Positions 27,601-42,600 of a stretch of 64,000 bases of DNA are shown one piece after another (position 1 is the stretch's first letter; every line of letters starts with the position of its first letter). Below the pieces are notes generated by a model that was not told where the DNA came from, made no database searches, and worked only from the letters and a program-made list of their open reading frames with translations. Location of the stretch: NCBI RefSeq assembly GCF_009914755.1, contig NC_060925.1; one strand, written 5' to 3'. A program made the translations under genes and the position numbers. This stretch comes from the human T2T-CHM13v2.0 reference genome, Homo sapiens.

Positions 27601-30600
27601 GAACGGAATCGAATGAATCATCATCGGATGGAAACGAATGGAATCATCATCGAATGGAATCGAATGGGATCATCAAATGGAATCAGATGGAATCATCATC
27701 AAATGGAATCGAATAGAATTATGGAATGAAATCCAATGTGATCATCATTGAATGGACTCGAATGGAATCATCATCCAATGGAAACTAATGGAATCAACAT
27801 CGAATGGAATCGAATGGAAACACCATCGAATTGAAACGAATGGAATTATCATGAAATTGAAATGGATGGACTCATCATCGAATGGATTCGAATGGAATCA
27901 TCGAATGAAATTGATTGAAATCATCATCAAATGGAATCGAAAGGAATCATTGAATGGAATCGAATGGAATCATCATCAGATGGAAATGAATGGAATCATC
28001 ATAGAATGGAATCGAATGGATTCATTGAGTGAAATCAGATGGAATCATCGAATGGACTTGAATGGAATCGTTGAATGGACTCGAATGGAATCATTATTGA
28101 ATGGAATTGAATAGAATCATCGAATGGTCTCGAATGGAATCATTATCAAATGAAGTCGAATGGAATCACCGAATAGAATCGAATGGAACAATCATCGAAT
28201 GGACTCAAATGGAATTATCCTCAAATGGAATCAAATGGATTTATCGAATGCAATCGAATGGAATTATCGAATGCAATCGAATAGAATCATCGAATGGACT
28301 CGAATGGAATCATCGAGTGGAATGCAATGGATTAATCCATGGACTCGAATTCAATCACCATCGAATACAATCGAATGGAGTCATCGAATCGACTCAAATG
28401 GCATAATCATTGAATGGAATCGAATGGAGTCATCGAGTGGAATCGAATGGAATCATGATCAAATGGAATCGAATGTAATCATCATCAAATGGAATCAAAA
28501 ATAAACATCATCAATTGGTATTGAATGGAATTGTCATCAAATGGAATTCAAAGGAATCATCATCAAATGGAATCGAATGGAATCCTCATTGAATGGAAAT
28601 GAAAGGAGTCATCATCTAATGGAATCGCATGGAATCATCATCAAATGGAATCTAATGGAATCATCATCAAATGGAATCTAATGGAATCACTGAACGGAAT
28701 TGAATGGAATCGTCTTCGAATGAATTGAATGCAATCAACGAATGGTCTCGAATGGAACCACCTCCAAATGGAATGGAATGGAATCATCGCATAGAATCGA
28801 ATGGAATTATAATCGAATGGACTCGAATGGAATCAACATCAAACGGAATCAAACGGAATTATCGAATGGAATCGAAGAGAATCATCGAATGGACTCGAAT
28901 GGAATCATCTAATGGAATGGAATGGAAGAATCCATGGTCTCGAATGCAATCATCATCGAATGGAATCGAATGGAATCATTGAATGGACTCGAATGGAATA
29001 ATCATTGAATGGAATCGAATGGAATCATCATCGGATGGAAACGAATGGAATCATCAAATGGAATCAGATGGAATCATCATCAAATGGAATCGAATAGAAT
29101 TATGGAATGAAATCCATTGTGATCATCATCGAATGGACTCGAATGGAATCATCATCCAATGGAAACTAATGGAATCAACATCGAATGGAATCGAATGGAA
29201 ACTCCATCGAATTGAAACGAATGGAATTATCATGAAATTGAAATGGATGGACTCATCATAGAATGGATTCGAATGGAATCATCGAATGAAATTGATTGAA
29301 ATCATCATCAAATGGAATCGAATGGAATCATTGAATGGAATCGAATGGAATCATCATCAGATGGAAATGAATGGAATCATAGAATGGAATCGAGTGGATT
29401 CATTGAATGGAATCAGATGGAATCATCGAATGGACTTGAATGGAATCATTGAATGGACTCGAATGGAATCATTATTGAATGGAATTGAATGGAATCATCG
29501 AATGGTCTCGAATGGAATCATTATCAAATGGAATCGAATGGAATCACCGAATAGAATCGAATGGATCAATCATCGAATGGACTCAAATGGAATTATCCTC
29601 AAATGGAATCGAATGGAATTATCGAATGCAATCGAATGGAATAATCGAATGCAATCGAATAGAATCATCGAATGGACTTGAAAGGAATCATCGATTGAAA
29701 TGGAATGGAATAGTCAATGAACTCGAACGGAATCATCATTGAATGGAATCATCGAGTGGAATCGAATGGAATCATGATCAAATGGAATCGAAAGTAATCA
29801 TCATCAAATGGAATCAAAAATAACCATCATCAATTGGTATTGAATGGAATTGTCATCAAACGGAATTCAAAGGAATCATCATCAAATGGAACCGAATGGA
29901 ATCCTCATTGAATGGAAATGAAAGGAGTCATCATCTAATGGAATCGCATGGAATCATCATCAAATGGAATCTAATGGAATCATTGAACGGAATTGAATGG
30001 AATCGTCATCGAATGAATTCAATGCAATCAACGAATGGTCTCGAATGGAACCACCTCCAAATGGAATGGAATGGAATCATCGCATAGAATCGAATGGAAT
30101 TATCATCGAATGGACTCGAATGGAATCAACATCAAACGGAATCAAACGGAATTATCGAAAGGAATCGAAGAGAATCATCGAACGGACTCGAATGGAATCA
30201 TCTAATGGAATGGAATGGAAGAATCCATGGACTCGAATGCAATCATCATCGAATGGAATCGAATGGAATCATCGAATGGACTCGAATGGAATAATCATTG
30301 AACGGAATCGAATGGAATCATCATCGGATGGAAACGAATGGAATCATCATCGAATGGAATCGAATGGGATCATCAAATGGAATCAGATGGAATCATCATC
30401 AAATGGAATCGAATAGAATTACGGAATGAAATCCAATGTGATCATCATTGAATGGACTCGAATGGAATCATCATCCAATGGAAACTAATGGAATCAACAT
30501 CGAATGGAATCGAATGGAAACACCATCGAATTGAAACGAATGGAATTATCATGAAATTGAAATGGAGGGACTCATCATCGAATGGATTCGAATGGAATCA

Positions 30601-33600
30601 TCGAATGAAATTGATAGAAATCATCATCAAATGGAATCGAAAGGAATCATTGAATGGAATCGAATGGAATCATCATCAGGTGGAAATGAATGGAATCATC
30701 ATAGAATGGAATCGAATGGATTCATTGAGTGAAATCAGATGGAATCATCGAATGGACTTGAATGGAATCGTTGAATGGACTCGAATGCAATCATTATTGA
30801 ATGGAATTGAATAGAATCATCGAATGGTCTCGAATGGAATCATTATCAAATGAAGTCGAATAGAATCACCGAATAGAATCGAATGGAACAATCATCGAAT
30901 GGACTCAAATGGAATTATCCTCAAATGGAATCAAATGGATTTATCGAATGCAATCGAATGGAATTATCGAATGCAATCGAATAGAATCATCGAATGGACT
31001 CGAATGGAATCATCGAGTGGAATGCATTGGATTAATCCATGGACTCGAATTCAATCACCATCGAATACAATCGAATGGAGTCATCGAATCGACTCAAATG
31101 GAATAATCATTGAATGGAATCGAATGGAATCATCGAGTGGAATCGAATGGAATCATGATCAAATGGAATCGAATGTAATCATCATCAAATGGAATCAAAA
31201 ATAAACATCATCAATTGGTATTGAATGGAATTGTCATCAAATGGAATTCAAAGGAATCATCATCAAATGGAACCGAATGGAATCCTCATTGAATGGAAAT
31301 GAAAGGAGTCATCATCTAATGGAATCGCATGGAATCATCATCAAATGGAATCGAATGGAATCATCATCAAATGGAATCTAATGGAATCACTGAACGGAAT
31401 TGAATGGAATCGCCATCGAATGAATTGAATGCAATCAACGAATGGTCTCGAATGGAGCCATCTCCAAATGGAATGGAATGGAATCATCGCATAGAATCGA
31501 ATGGAATTATCATCGAATGGACTCGAATGGAATCAACATCAAACGGAATCAAACGGAATTATTGAATGGAATCGAAGAGAATCATCGAACGGACTCGAAT
31601 GGAATCATCTAATGGAATGGAATGGAAGAATCCATGGACTCGAATGCAATCATCATCGAATGGAATCGAATGGAATCATCGAATGGACTCGAATGGAATA
31701 ATCATTGAACGGAATCGAATGAATCATCATCGGATGGAAACGAATGGAATCATCATCGAATGGAATCGAATGGGATCATCAAATGGAATCAGATGGAATC
31801 ATCATGAAATGGAATCGAATAGAATTATGGAATGAAATCCAATGTGATCATCATTGAATGGACTCGTATGGAATCATCATCCAATGGAAACTAATGGAAT
31901 CAACATCGAATGGAATCGAATGGAAACACCATCGAATTGAAACGAATGGAATTATCATGAAATTGAAATGGATGGACTCATCATCGAATGGATTCGAATG
32001 GAATCATCGAATGAAATTGATTGAAATCATCATCAAATGGAATCGAAAGGAATCATTGAATGGAATCGAATGGAATCATCATCAGATGGAAATGAATGGA
32101 ATCATCATAGAATGGAATCGAATGGATTCATTGAGTGAAATCAGATGGAATCATCGAATGGACTTGAATGGAATCGTTGAATGGACTAGAATGGAATCAT
32201 TATTGAATGGAATTGAATAGAATCATCCAATGGTCTCGAATGGAATCATTATCAAATGAAGTCGAATGGAATCACCGAATAGAATCGAATGGAACAATCA
32301 TCGAATGGACTCAAATGGAATTATCCTCAAATGGAATCAAATGGATTTATCGAATGCAATCGAATGGAATTATCGAATGCAATCGAATAGAATCATCGAA
32401 TGGACTCGAATGGAATCATCGAGTGGAATGCAATGGATTAATCCATGGACTCGAATTCAATCACCATCGAATACAATCGAATGGAGTCATCGAACCGACT
32501 CAAATGGCATAATCATTGAATGGAATCGAATGGAGTCATCGAGTGGAATCGAATGGAATCATGATCAAATGGAATCGAATGTAATCATCATCAAATGGAA
32601 TCAAAAATAAACATCATCAATTGGTTTTGAATGGAATTGTCATCAAATGGAATTCAAAGGAATCATCATCAAATGGAACCGAATGGAATCCTCATTGAAT
32701 GGAAATGAAAGGAGTCATCATCTAATGGAATCGCATGGAATTATCATCAAATGGAATCGAATGGAATCATCATCAAATGGAATCTAATGGATTCACTGAA
32801 CGGAATTGAATGGAATCGTCTTCGAATGAATTGAATGCAATCAACGAATGGTCTCGAATGGAACCACCTCCAAATGGAATGGAATGGAATCATCGCATAG
32901 AATCGAATGGAATTATAATCGAATGGACTCGAATGGAATCAACATCAAAAGGAATCAAAGGGAATTATCGAATGGAATCGAAGAGAATCATCGAATGGAC
33001 TCGAATGGAATCATCTAATGGAATGGAATGGAAGAATCCATGGTCTCGAATGCAATCATCATCGAATGGAATCGAATGGAATCATCGAATGGACTCGAAT
33101 GGAATAATCATTGAACGGAATCGAATGGAATCATCATCGGATGGAAACGAATGGAATCATCAAATGGAATCAGATGGAATCATCATCAAATGGAATCGAA
33201 TAGAATTATGGAATGAAATCCATTGTGATCATCATCGAATGGACTCGAATGGAATCATCATCCAATGGAAACTAATGGAATCAACATCGACTGGAATCGA
33301 ATGGAAACACCACCGTATTGAAACGAATGGAATTATCATGAAATTGAAATGGATGGACTCATCATCGAATGGATTCGAATGGAATCATCGAACGAAATTG
33401 ATTGAAATCATCATCAAATGGAATCGAATGGAATCATTGAATGGAATCGAATGGAATCATCATCAGATGGAAATGAATGGAATCATCATAGAATGGAATC
33501 GCATGGATTCATTGAATGGAATCAGATGGAATCATCGAATGGACTTGAATGGAATCGTTGAATGGACTCGAATGGAATCATTATGGAATGGAATTGAATG

Positions 33601-36600
33601 GAATCATCGAATGGTCTCGAATGGAATCATTATCAAATGGAATCGAATGGAATCACCGAATAGAATCGAATGGAACAATCATCGAATGGACTCAAATGGA
33701 ATTATCCTCAAATGGAATCGAATGGAATTATCGAATGCAATCGAATGGAATAATCGAATGCAATCGAATAGAATCATCGAATGGACTTGAAAGGAATCAT
33801 CGATTGAAATGGAATGGAATAGTCAATGAACTCGAATGGAATCATCATTGAATGGAATCATCGAGTGGAATCGAATGGAATCATGATCAAATGGAATCGA
33901 ATGTAATCATCATCAAATGGAATCAAAAATAAACATCATCAATTGGTATTGAATGGAATTGTCATCAAACGGAATTCAAAGGAATCATCATCAAATGGAA
34001 CGGAATGGAATCCTCATTGAATGGAAATGAAAGGAGTCATCATCTAATGGAATCGCATGGAATCATCATCAAATGGAATCTAATGGAATCACTGAACGGA
34101 ATTGAATGGAATCGTCTTCGAATGAATTGAATGCAATCAACGAATGGTCTCGAATGGAACCACCTCCAAATGGAATGGAATGGAATCATCGCATAGAATC
34201 GAATGGAATTATCATCGAATGGACTCGAATGGAATCAACATCAAACGGAATCAAACGGAATTATCGAATGGAATCGAAGAGAATCATCGAACGGACTCGA
34301 ATGGAATCATCTAATGGAATGGAATGGAAGAATCCATGGACTCGAATGCAATCATCATCGAATGGAATCGAATGGAATCATCGAATGGACTCGAATGGAA
34401 TAATCATTGAACGGAAACGAATGAATCATCATCGGATGGAAACGAATGGAATCATCATCGAATGGAATCGAATGGGATCATCAAATGGAATCAGATGGAA
34501 TCATCATCAAATGGAATCGAATAGAATTATGGAATGAAATCCAATGTGATCATCATTGAATGGACTCGAATGGAATCATCATCCAATGGAAACTAATGGA
34601 ATCAACATCGAATGGAATCGAATGGAAACACCATCGAATTGAAACGAATGGAATTATCATGAAATTGAAATGGATGGACTCATCATCGAATGGATTCGAA
34701 TGGAATCATCGAATGAAATTGATTATAATCATCATCAAATGGAATCGAAAGGAATCATTGAATGGAATCGAATGGAATCATCATCAGATGGAAATGAATG
34801 GAATCATCATAGAATGGAATCGCATGGATTCATTGAATGGAATCAGATGGAATCATCGAATGGGCTTGAATGGAATCGTTGAATGGACTAGAATGGAATC
34901 ATTATTGAATGGAATTGAATAGAACCATCGAATGGTCTCGAATGGAATCATTATCAAATGAAGTCGAAATGAATCACCGAATAGAATCGAATGGAACAAT
35001 CATCGAATGGACTCAAATGGAATTATCCTCAAATGGCATCAAATGGATTTATCGAATGCAATCGAATGGAATTATCGAATGCAATCGAATAGAATCATCG
35101 AATGGACTCGAATGGAATCATCGAATGGAATGCAATGGATTAATCCATGGACTCGAATTCAATCACCATCGAATACAATCGAATGGAGTCATCGAATCGA
35201 CTCAAATGGAATAATCATTGAATGGAATCGAATGGAATCATCGAGTGGAATCGAATGGAATCATGATCAAATGGAATCGAATGTAATCGTCATCAAATGG
35301 AATCAAAAATAAACATCATCAATTGGTATTGAATGGAATTGTCATCAAATGGAATTCAAAGGAATCATCATCAAATGGAACCGAATGGAATCCTCATTGA
35401 ATGGAAATGAAAGGAGTCATCATCTAATGGAATCGCATGGAATCATCATCAAACGGAATCGAATGGAATCATTGAACGGAATTGAATGGAATCGTCATCG
35501 AATGAATTGAATGCAATCAACGAATGGTCTCCAATGGAACCACCTCCAAATGGAATGGAATGGAATCATCGCATAGAATCGAATGGAATTATAATCGAAT
35601 GGACTCGAATGGAATCAACATCAAACGGAATCAAACGGAATTATCGAATGGAATCGAAGAGAATCATCGAATGGACTCGAATGGAATCATCTAATGGAAT
35701 GGAATGGAAGAATCCATGGTCTCGAATGCAATCATCATCGAATGGAATCGAATGGAATCATTGAATGGACTCGAATGGAATAATCATTGAATGGAATCGA
35801 ATGGAATCATCATCGGATGGAAACGAATGGAATCATCAAATGGAATCAGATGGAATCATCATCAAATGGAATCGAATAGAATTATGGAATGAAATCCATT
35901 GTGATCATCATCGAATGGACTCGAATGGAATCATCATCCAATGGAAACTAATGGAATCAACATCGAATGGAATCGAATGGAAACTCCATCGAATTGAAAC
36001 GAATGGAATTATCATGAAATTGAAATGGATGGACTCATCATCGAATGGATTCGAATGGAATCATCGAATGAAATTGATTGAAATCATCATCAAATGGAAT
36101 CGAATGGAATCATTGAATGGAATCGAATGGAATCATCATCAGATGGAAATGAATGGAATCATCATAGAATGGAATCGAGTGGATTCATTGAATGGAATCA
36201 GATGGAATCATCGAATGGACTTGAATGGAATCATTGAATGGACTCGAATGGAATCATTATTGAATGGAATTGAATGGAATCATCGAATGGTCTCGAATGG
36301 AATCATTATCAAATGGAATCGAATGGAATCACCAAATAGAATCGAATGGAACAATCATCGAATGGACTCAAATGGAATTATCCTCAAATGGAATCTAATG
36401 GAATTATCGAATGCAATCGAATGGAATAATCGAATGCAATCGAATAGAATCATTGAATGGACTTGAAAGGAATCATCGATTGAAATGGAATGGAATAGTC
36501 AATGAACTCGAATGGAATCATCATTGAATGGAATCATCGAGTGGAATCGAATGGAATCATGATCAAATGGAATCGAAAGTAATCATCATCAAATGGAATC

Positions 36601-39600
36601 AAAAATAACCATCATCAATTGGTATTGAATGGAATTGTCATCAAACGGAATTCAAAGGAATCATCATCAAATGGAACCGAATGGAATCCTCATTGAATGG
36701 AAATGAAAGGAGTCATCATCTAATGGAATCGCATGGAATCATCATCAAATGGAATCTAATGGAATCATTGAACGGAATTGAATGGAATCGTCATCGAATG
36801 AATTCAATGCAATCAACGAATGGTCTCGAATGGAACCACCTCCAAATGGAATGGAATGGAATCATCGCATAGAATCGAATGGAATTATCATCGAATGGAC
36901 TCGAATGGAATCAACATCAAACGGAATCAAACGGAATTATCGAAAGGAATCGAAGAGAATCATCGAACGGACTCGAATGGAATCATCTAATGGAATGGAA
37001 TGGAAGAATCCATGGACTCGAATGCAATCATCATCGAATGGAATCGAATGGAATCATCGAATGGACTCGAATGGAATAATCATTGAACGGAATCGAATGA
37101 ATCATCATCGGATGGAAACGAATGGAATCATCATCGAATGGAATCGAATGGGATCATCAAATGGAATCAGATGGAATCATCATCAAATGGAATCGAATAG
37201 AATTATGGAATGAAATCCAATGTGATCATCATTGAATGGACTCGAATGGAATCATCATCCAATGGAAACTAATGGAATCAACATCGAATGGAATCGAATG
37301 GAAACACCATCGAATTGAAACGAATGGAATTATCATGAAATTGAAATGGATGGACTCATCATCGAATGGATTCGAATGGAATCATCGAATGAAATTGATT
37401 GAAATCATCATCAAATGGAATCGAAAGGAATCATTGAATGGAATCGAATGGAATCATCATCAGATGGAAATGAATGGAATCATCATAGAATGGAATCGAA
37501 TGGATTCATTGAGTGAAATCAGATGGAATCATCGAATGGACTTGAATGGAATCGTTGAATGGACTCGAATGGAATCATTATTGAATGGAATTGAATAGAA
37601 TCATCGAATGGTCTCGAATGGAATCATTATCAAATGAAGTCGAATGGAATCACCGAATAGAATCGAATGGAACAATCATCGAATGGACTCAAATGGAATT
37701 ATCCTCAAATGGAATCAAATGGATTTATCGAATGCAATCGAATGGAATTATCGAATGCAATCGAATAGAATCATCGAATGGACTCGAATGGAATCATCGA
37801 GTGGAATGCAATGGATTAATCCATGGACTCGAATTCAATCACCATCGAATACAATCGAATGGAGTCATCGAATCGACTCAAATGGCATAATCATTGAATG
37901 GAATCGAATGGAGTCATCGAGTGGAATCGAATGGAATCATGATCAAATGGAATCGAATGTAATCATCATCAAATGGAATCAAAAATAAACATCATCAATT
38001 GGTATTGAATGGAATTGTCATCAAATGGAATTCAAAGGAATCATCATCAAATGGAATCGAATGGAATCCTCATTGAATGGAAATGAAAGGAGTCATCATC
38101 TAATGGAATCGCATGGAATCATCATCAAATGGAATCTAATGGAATCATCATCAAATGGAATCTAATGGAATCACTGAACGGAATTGAATGGAATCGTCTT
38201 CGAATGAATTGAATGCAATCAACGAATGGTCTCGAATGGAACCACCTCCAAATGGAATGGAATGGAATCATCGCATAGAATCGAATGGAATTATAATCGA
38301 ATGGACTCGAATGGAATCAACATCAAACGGAATCAAACGGAATTATCGAATGGAATCGAAGAGAATCATCGAATGGACTCGAATGGAATCATCTAATGGA
38401 ATGGAATGGAAGAATCCATGGTCTCGAATGCAATCATCATCGAATGGAATCGAATGGAATCATTGAATGGACTCGAATGGAATAATCATTGAATGGAATC
38501 GAATGGAATCATCATCGGATGGAAACGAATGGAATCATCAAATGGAATCAGATGGAATCATCATCAAATGGAATCGAATAGAATTATGGAATGAAATCCA
38601 TTGTGATCATCATCGAATGGACTCGAATGGAATCATCATCCAATGGAAACTAATGGAATCAACATCGAATGGAATCGAATGGAAACTCCATCGAATTGAA
38701 ACGAATGGAATTATCATGAAATTGAAATGGATGGACTCATCATAGAATGGATTCGAATGGAATCATCGAATGAAATTGATTGAAATCATCATCAAATGGA
38801 ATCGAATGGAATCATTGAATGGAATCGAATGGAATCATCATCAGATGGAAATGAATGGAATCATAGAATGGAATCGAGTGGATTCATTGAATGGAATCAG
38901 ATGGAATCATCGAATGGACTTGAATGGAATCATTGAATGGACTCGAATGGAATCATTATTGAATGGAATTGAATGGAATCATCGAATGGTCTCGAATGGA
39001 ATCATTATCAAATGGAATCGAATGGAATCACCGAATAGAATCGAATGGATCAATCATCGAATGGACTCAAATGGAATTATCCTCAAATGGAATCGAATGG
39101 AATTATCGAATGCAATCGAATGGAATAATCGAATGCAATCGAATAGAATCATCGAATGGACTTGAAAGGAATCATCGATTGAAATGGAATGGAATAGTCA
39201 ATGAACTCGAACGGAATCATCATTGAATGGAATCATCGAGTGGAATCGAATGGAATCATGATCAAATGGAATCGAAAGTAATCATCATCAAATGGAATCA
39301 AAAATAACCATCATCAATTGGTATTGAATGGAATTGTCATCAAACGGAATTCAAAGGAATCATCATCAAATGGAACCGAATGGAATCCTCATTGAATGGA
39401 AATGAAAGGAGTCATCATCTAATGGAATCGCATGGAATCATCATCAAATGGAATCTAATGGAATCATTGAACGGAATTGAATGGAATCGTCATCGAATGA
39501 ATTCAATGCAATCAACGAATGGTCTCGAATGGAACCACCTCCAAATGGAATGGAATGGAATCATCGCATAGAATCGAATGGAATTATCATCGAATGGACT

Positions 39601-42600
39601 CGAATGGAATCAACATCAAACGGAATCAAACGGAATTATCGAAAGGAATCGAAGAGAATCATCGAACGGACTCGAATGGAATCATCTAATGGAATGGAAT
39701 GGAAGAATCCATGGACTCGAATGCAATCATCATCGAATGGAATCGAATGGAATCATCGAATGGACTCGAATGGAATAATCATTGAACGGAATCGAATGGA
39801 ATCATCATCGGATGGAAACGAATGGAATCATCATCGAATGGAATCGAATGGGATCATCAAATGGAATCAGATGGAATCATCATCAAATGGAATCGAATAG
39901 AATTACGGAATGAAATCCAATGTGATCATCATTGAATGGACTCGAATGGAATCATCATCCAATGGAAACTAATGGAATCAACATCGAATGGAATCGAATG
40001 GAAACACCATCGAATTGAAACGAATGGAATTATCATGAAATTGAAATGGAGGGACTCATCATCGAATGGATTCGAATGGAATCATCGAATGAAATTGATA
40101 GAAATCATCATCAAATGGAATCGAAAGGAATCATTGAATGGAATCGAATGGAATCATCATCAGGTGGAAATGAATGGAATCATCATAGAATGGAATCGAA
40201 TGGATTCATTGAGTGAAATCAGATGGAATCATCGAATGGACTTGAATGGAATCGTTGAATGGACTCGAATGCAATCATTATTGAATGGAATTGAATAGAA
40301 TCATCGAATGGTCTCGAATGGAATCATTATCAAATGAAGTCGAATAGAATCACCGAATAGAATCGAATGGAACAATCATCGAATGGACTCAAATGGAATT
40401 ATCCTCAAATGGAATCAAATGGATTTATCAAATGCAATCGAATGGAATTATCGAATGCAATCGAATAGAATCATCGAATGGACTCGAATGGAATCATCGA
40501 GTGGAATGCATTGGATTAATCCATGGACTCGAATTCAATCACCATCGAATACAATCGAATGGAGTCATCGAATCGACTCAAATGGAATAATCATTGAATG
40601 GAATCGAATGGAATCATCGAGTGGAATCGAATGGAATCATGATCAAATGGAATCGAATGTAATCATCATCAAATGGAATCAAAAATAAACATCATCAATT
40701 GGTATTGAATGGAATTGTCATCAAATGGAATTCAAAGGAATCATCATCAAATGGAACCGAATGGAATCCTCATTGAATGGAAATGAAAGGAGTCATCATC
40801 TAATGGAATCGCATGGAATCATCATCAAATGGAATCGAATGGAATCATCATCAAATGGAATCTAATGGAATCACTGAACGGAATTGAATGGAATCGCCAT
40901 CGAATGAATTGAATGCAATCAACGAATGGTCTCGAATGGAGCCATCTCCAAATGGAATGGAATGGAATCATCGCATAGAATCGAATGGAATTATCATCGA
41001 ATGGACTCGAATGGAATCAACATCAAACGGAATCAAACGGAATTATTGAATGGAATCGAAGAGAATCATCGAACGGACTCGAATGGAATCATCTAATGGA
41101 ATGGAATGGAAGAATCCATGGACTCGAATGCAATCATCATCGAATGGAATCGAATGGAATCATCGAATGGACTCGAATGGAATAATCATTGAACGGAATC
41201 GAATGAATCATCATCGGATGGAAACGAATGGAATCATCATCGAATGGAATCGAATGGGATCATCAAATGGAATCAGATGGAATCATCATGAAATGGAATC
41301 GAATAGAATTATGGAATGAAATCCAATGTGATCATCATTGAATGGACTCGTATGGAATCATCATCCAATGGAAACTAATGGAATCAACATCGAATGGAAT
41401 CGAATGGAAACACCATCGAATTGAAACGAATGGAATTATCATGAAATTGAAATGGATGGACTCATCATCGAATGGATTCGAATGGAATCATCGAATGAAA
41501 TTGATTGAAATCATCATCAAATGGAATCGAAAGGAATCATTGAATGGAATCGAATGGAATCATCATCAGATGGAAATGAATGGAATCATCATAGAATGGA
41601 ATCGAATGGATTCATTGAGTGAAATCAGATGGAATCATCGAATGGACTTGAATGGAATCGTTGAATGGACTAGAATGGAATCATTATTGAATGGAATTGA
41701 ATAGAATCATCCAATGGTCTCGAATGGAATCATTATCAAATGAAGTCGAATGGAATCACCGAATAGAATCGAATGGAACAATCATCGAATGGACTCAAAT
41801 GGAATTATCCTCAAATGGAATCAAATGGATTTATCGAATGCAATCGAATGGAATTATCGAATGCAATCGAATAGAATCATCGAATGGACTCGAATGGAAT
41901 CATCGAGTGGAATGCAATGGATTAATCCATGGACTCGAATTCAATCACCATCGAATACAATCGAATGGAGTCATCGAACCGACTCAAATGGCATAATCAT
42001 TGAATGGAATCGAATGGAGTCATCGAGTGGAATCGAATGGAATCATGATCAAATGGAATCGAATGTAATCATCATCAAATGGAATCAAAAATAAACATCA
42101 TCAATTGGTTTTGAATGGAATTGTCATCAAATGGAATTCAAAGGAATCATCATCAAATGGAACCGAATGGAATCCTCATTGAATGGAAATGAAAGGAGTC
42201 ATCATCTAATGGAATCGCATGGAATTATCATCAAATGGAATCGAATGGAATCATCATCAAATGGAATCTAATGGATTCACTGAACGGAATTGAATGGAAT
42301 CGTCTTCGAATGAATTGAATGCAATCAACGAATGGTGTCGAATGGAACCACCTCCAAATGGAATGGAATGGAATCATCGCATAGAATCGAATGGAATTAT
42401 AATCGAATGGACTCGAATGGAATCAACATCAAAAGGAATCAAAGGGAATTATCGAATGGAATCGAAGAGAATCATCGAATGGACTCGAATGGAATCATCT
42501 AATGGAATGGAATGGAAGAATCCATGGTCTCGAATGCAATCATCATCGAATGGAATCGAATGGAATCATCGAATGGACTCGAATGGAATAATCATTGAAC

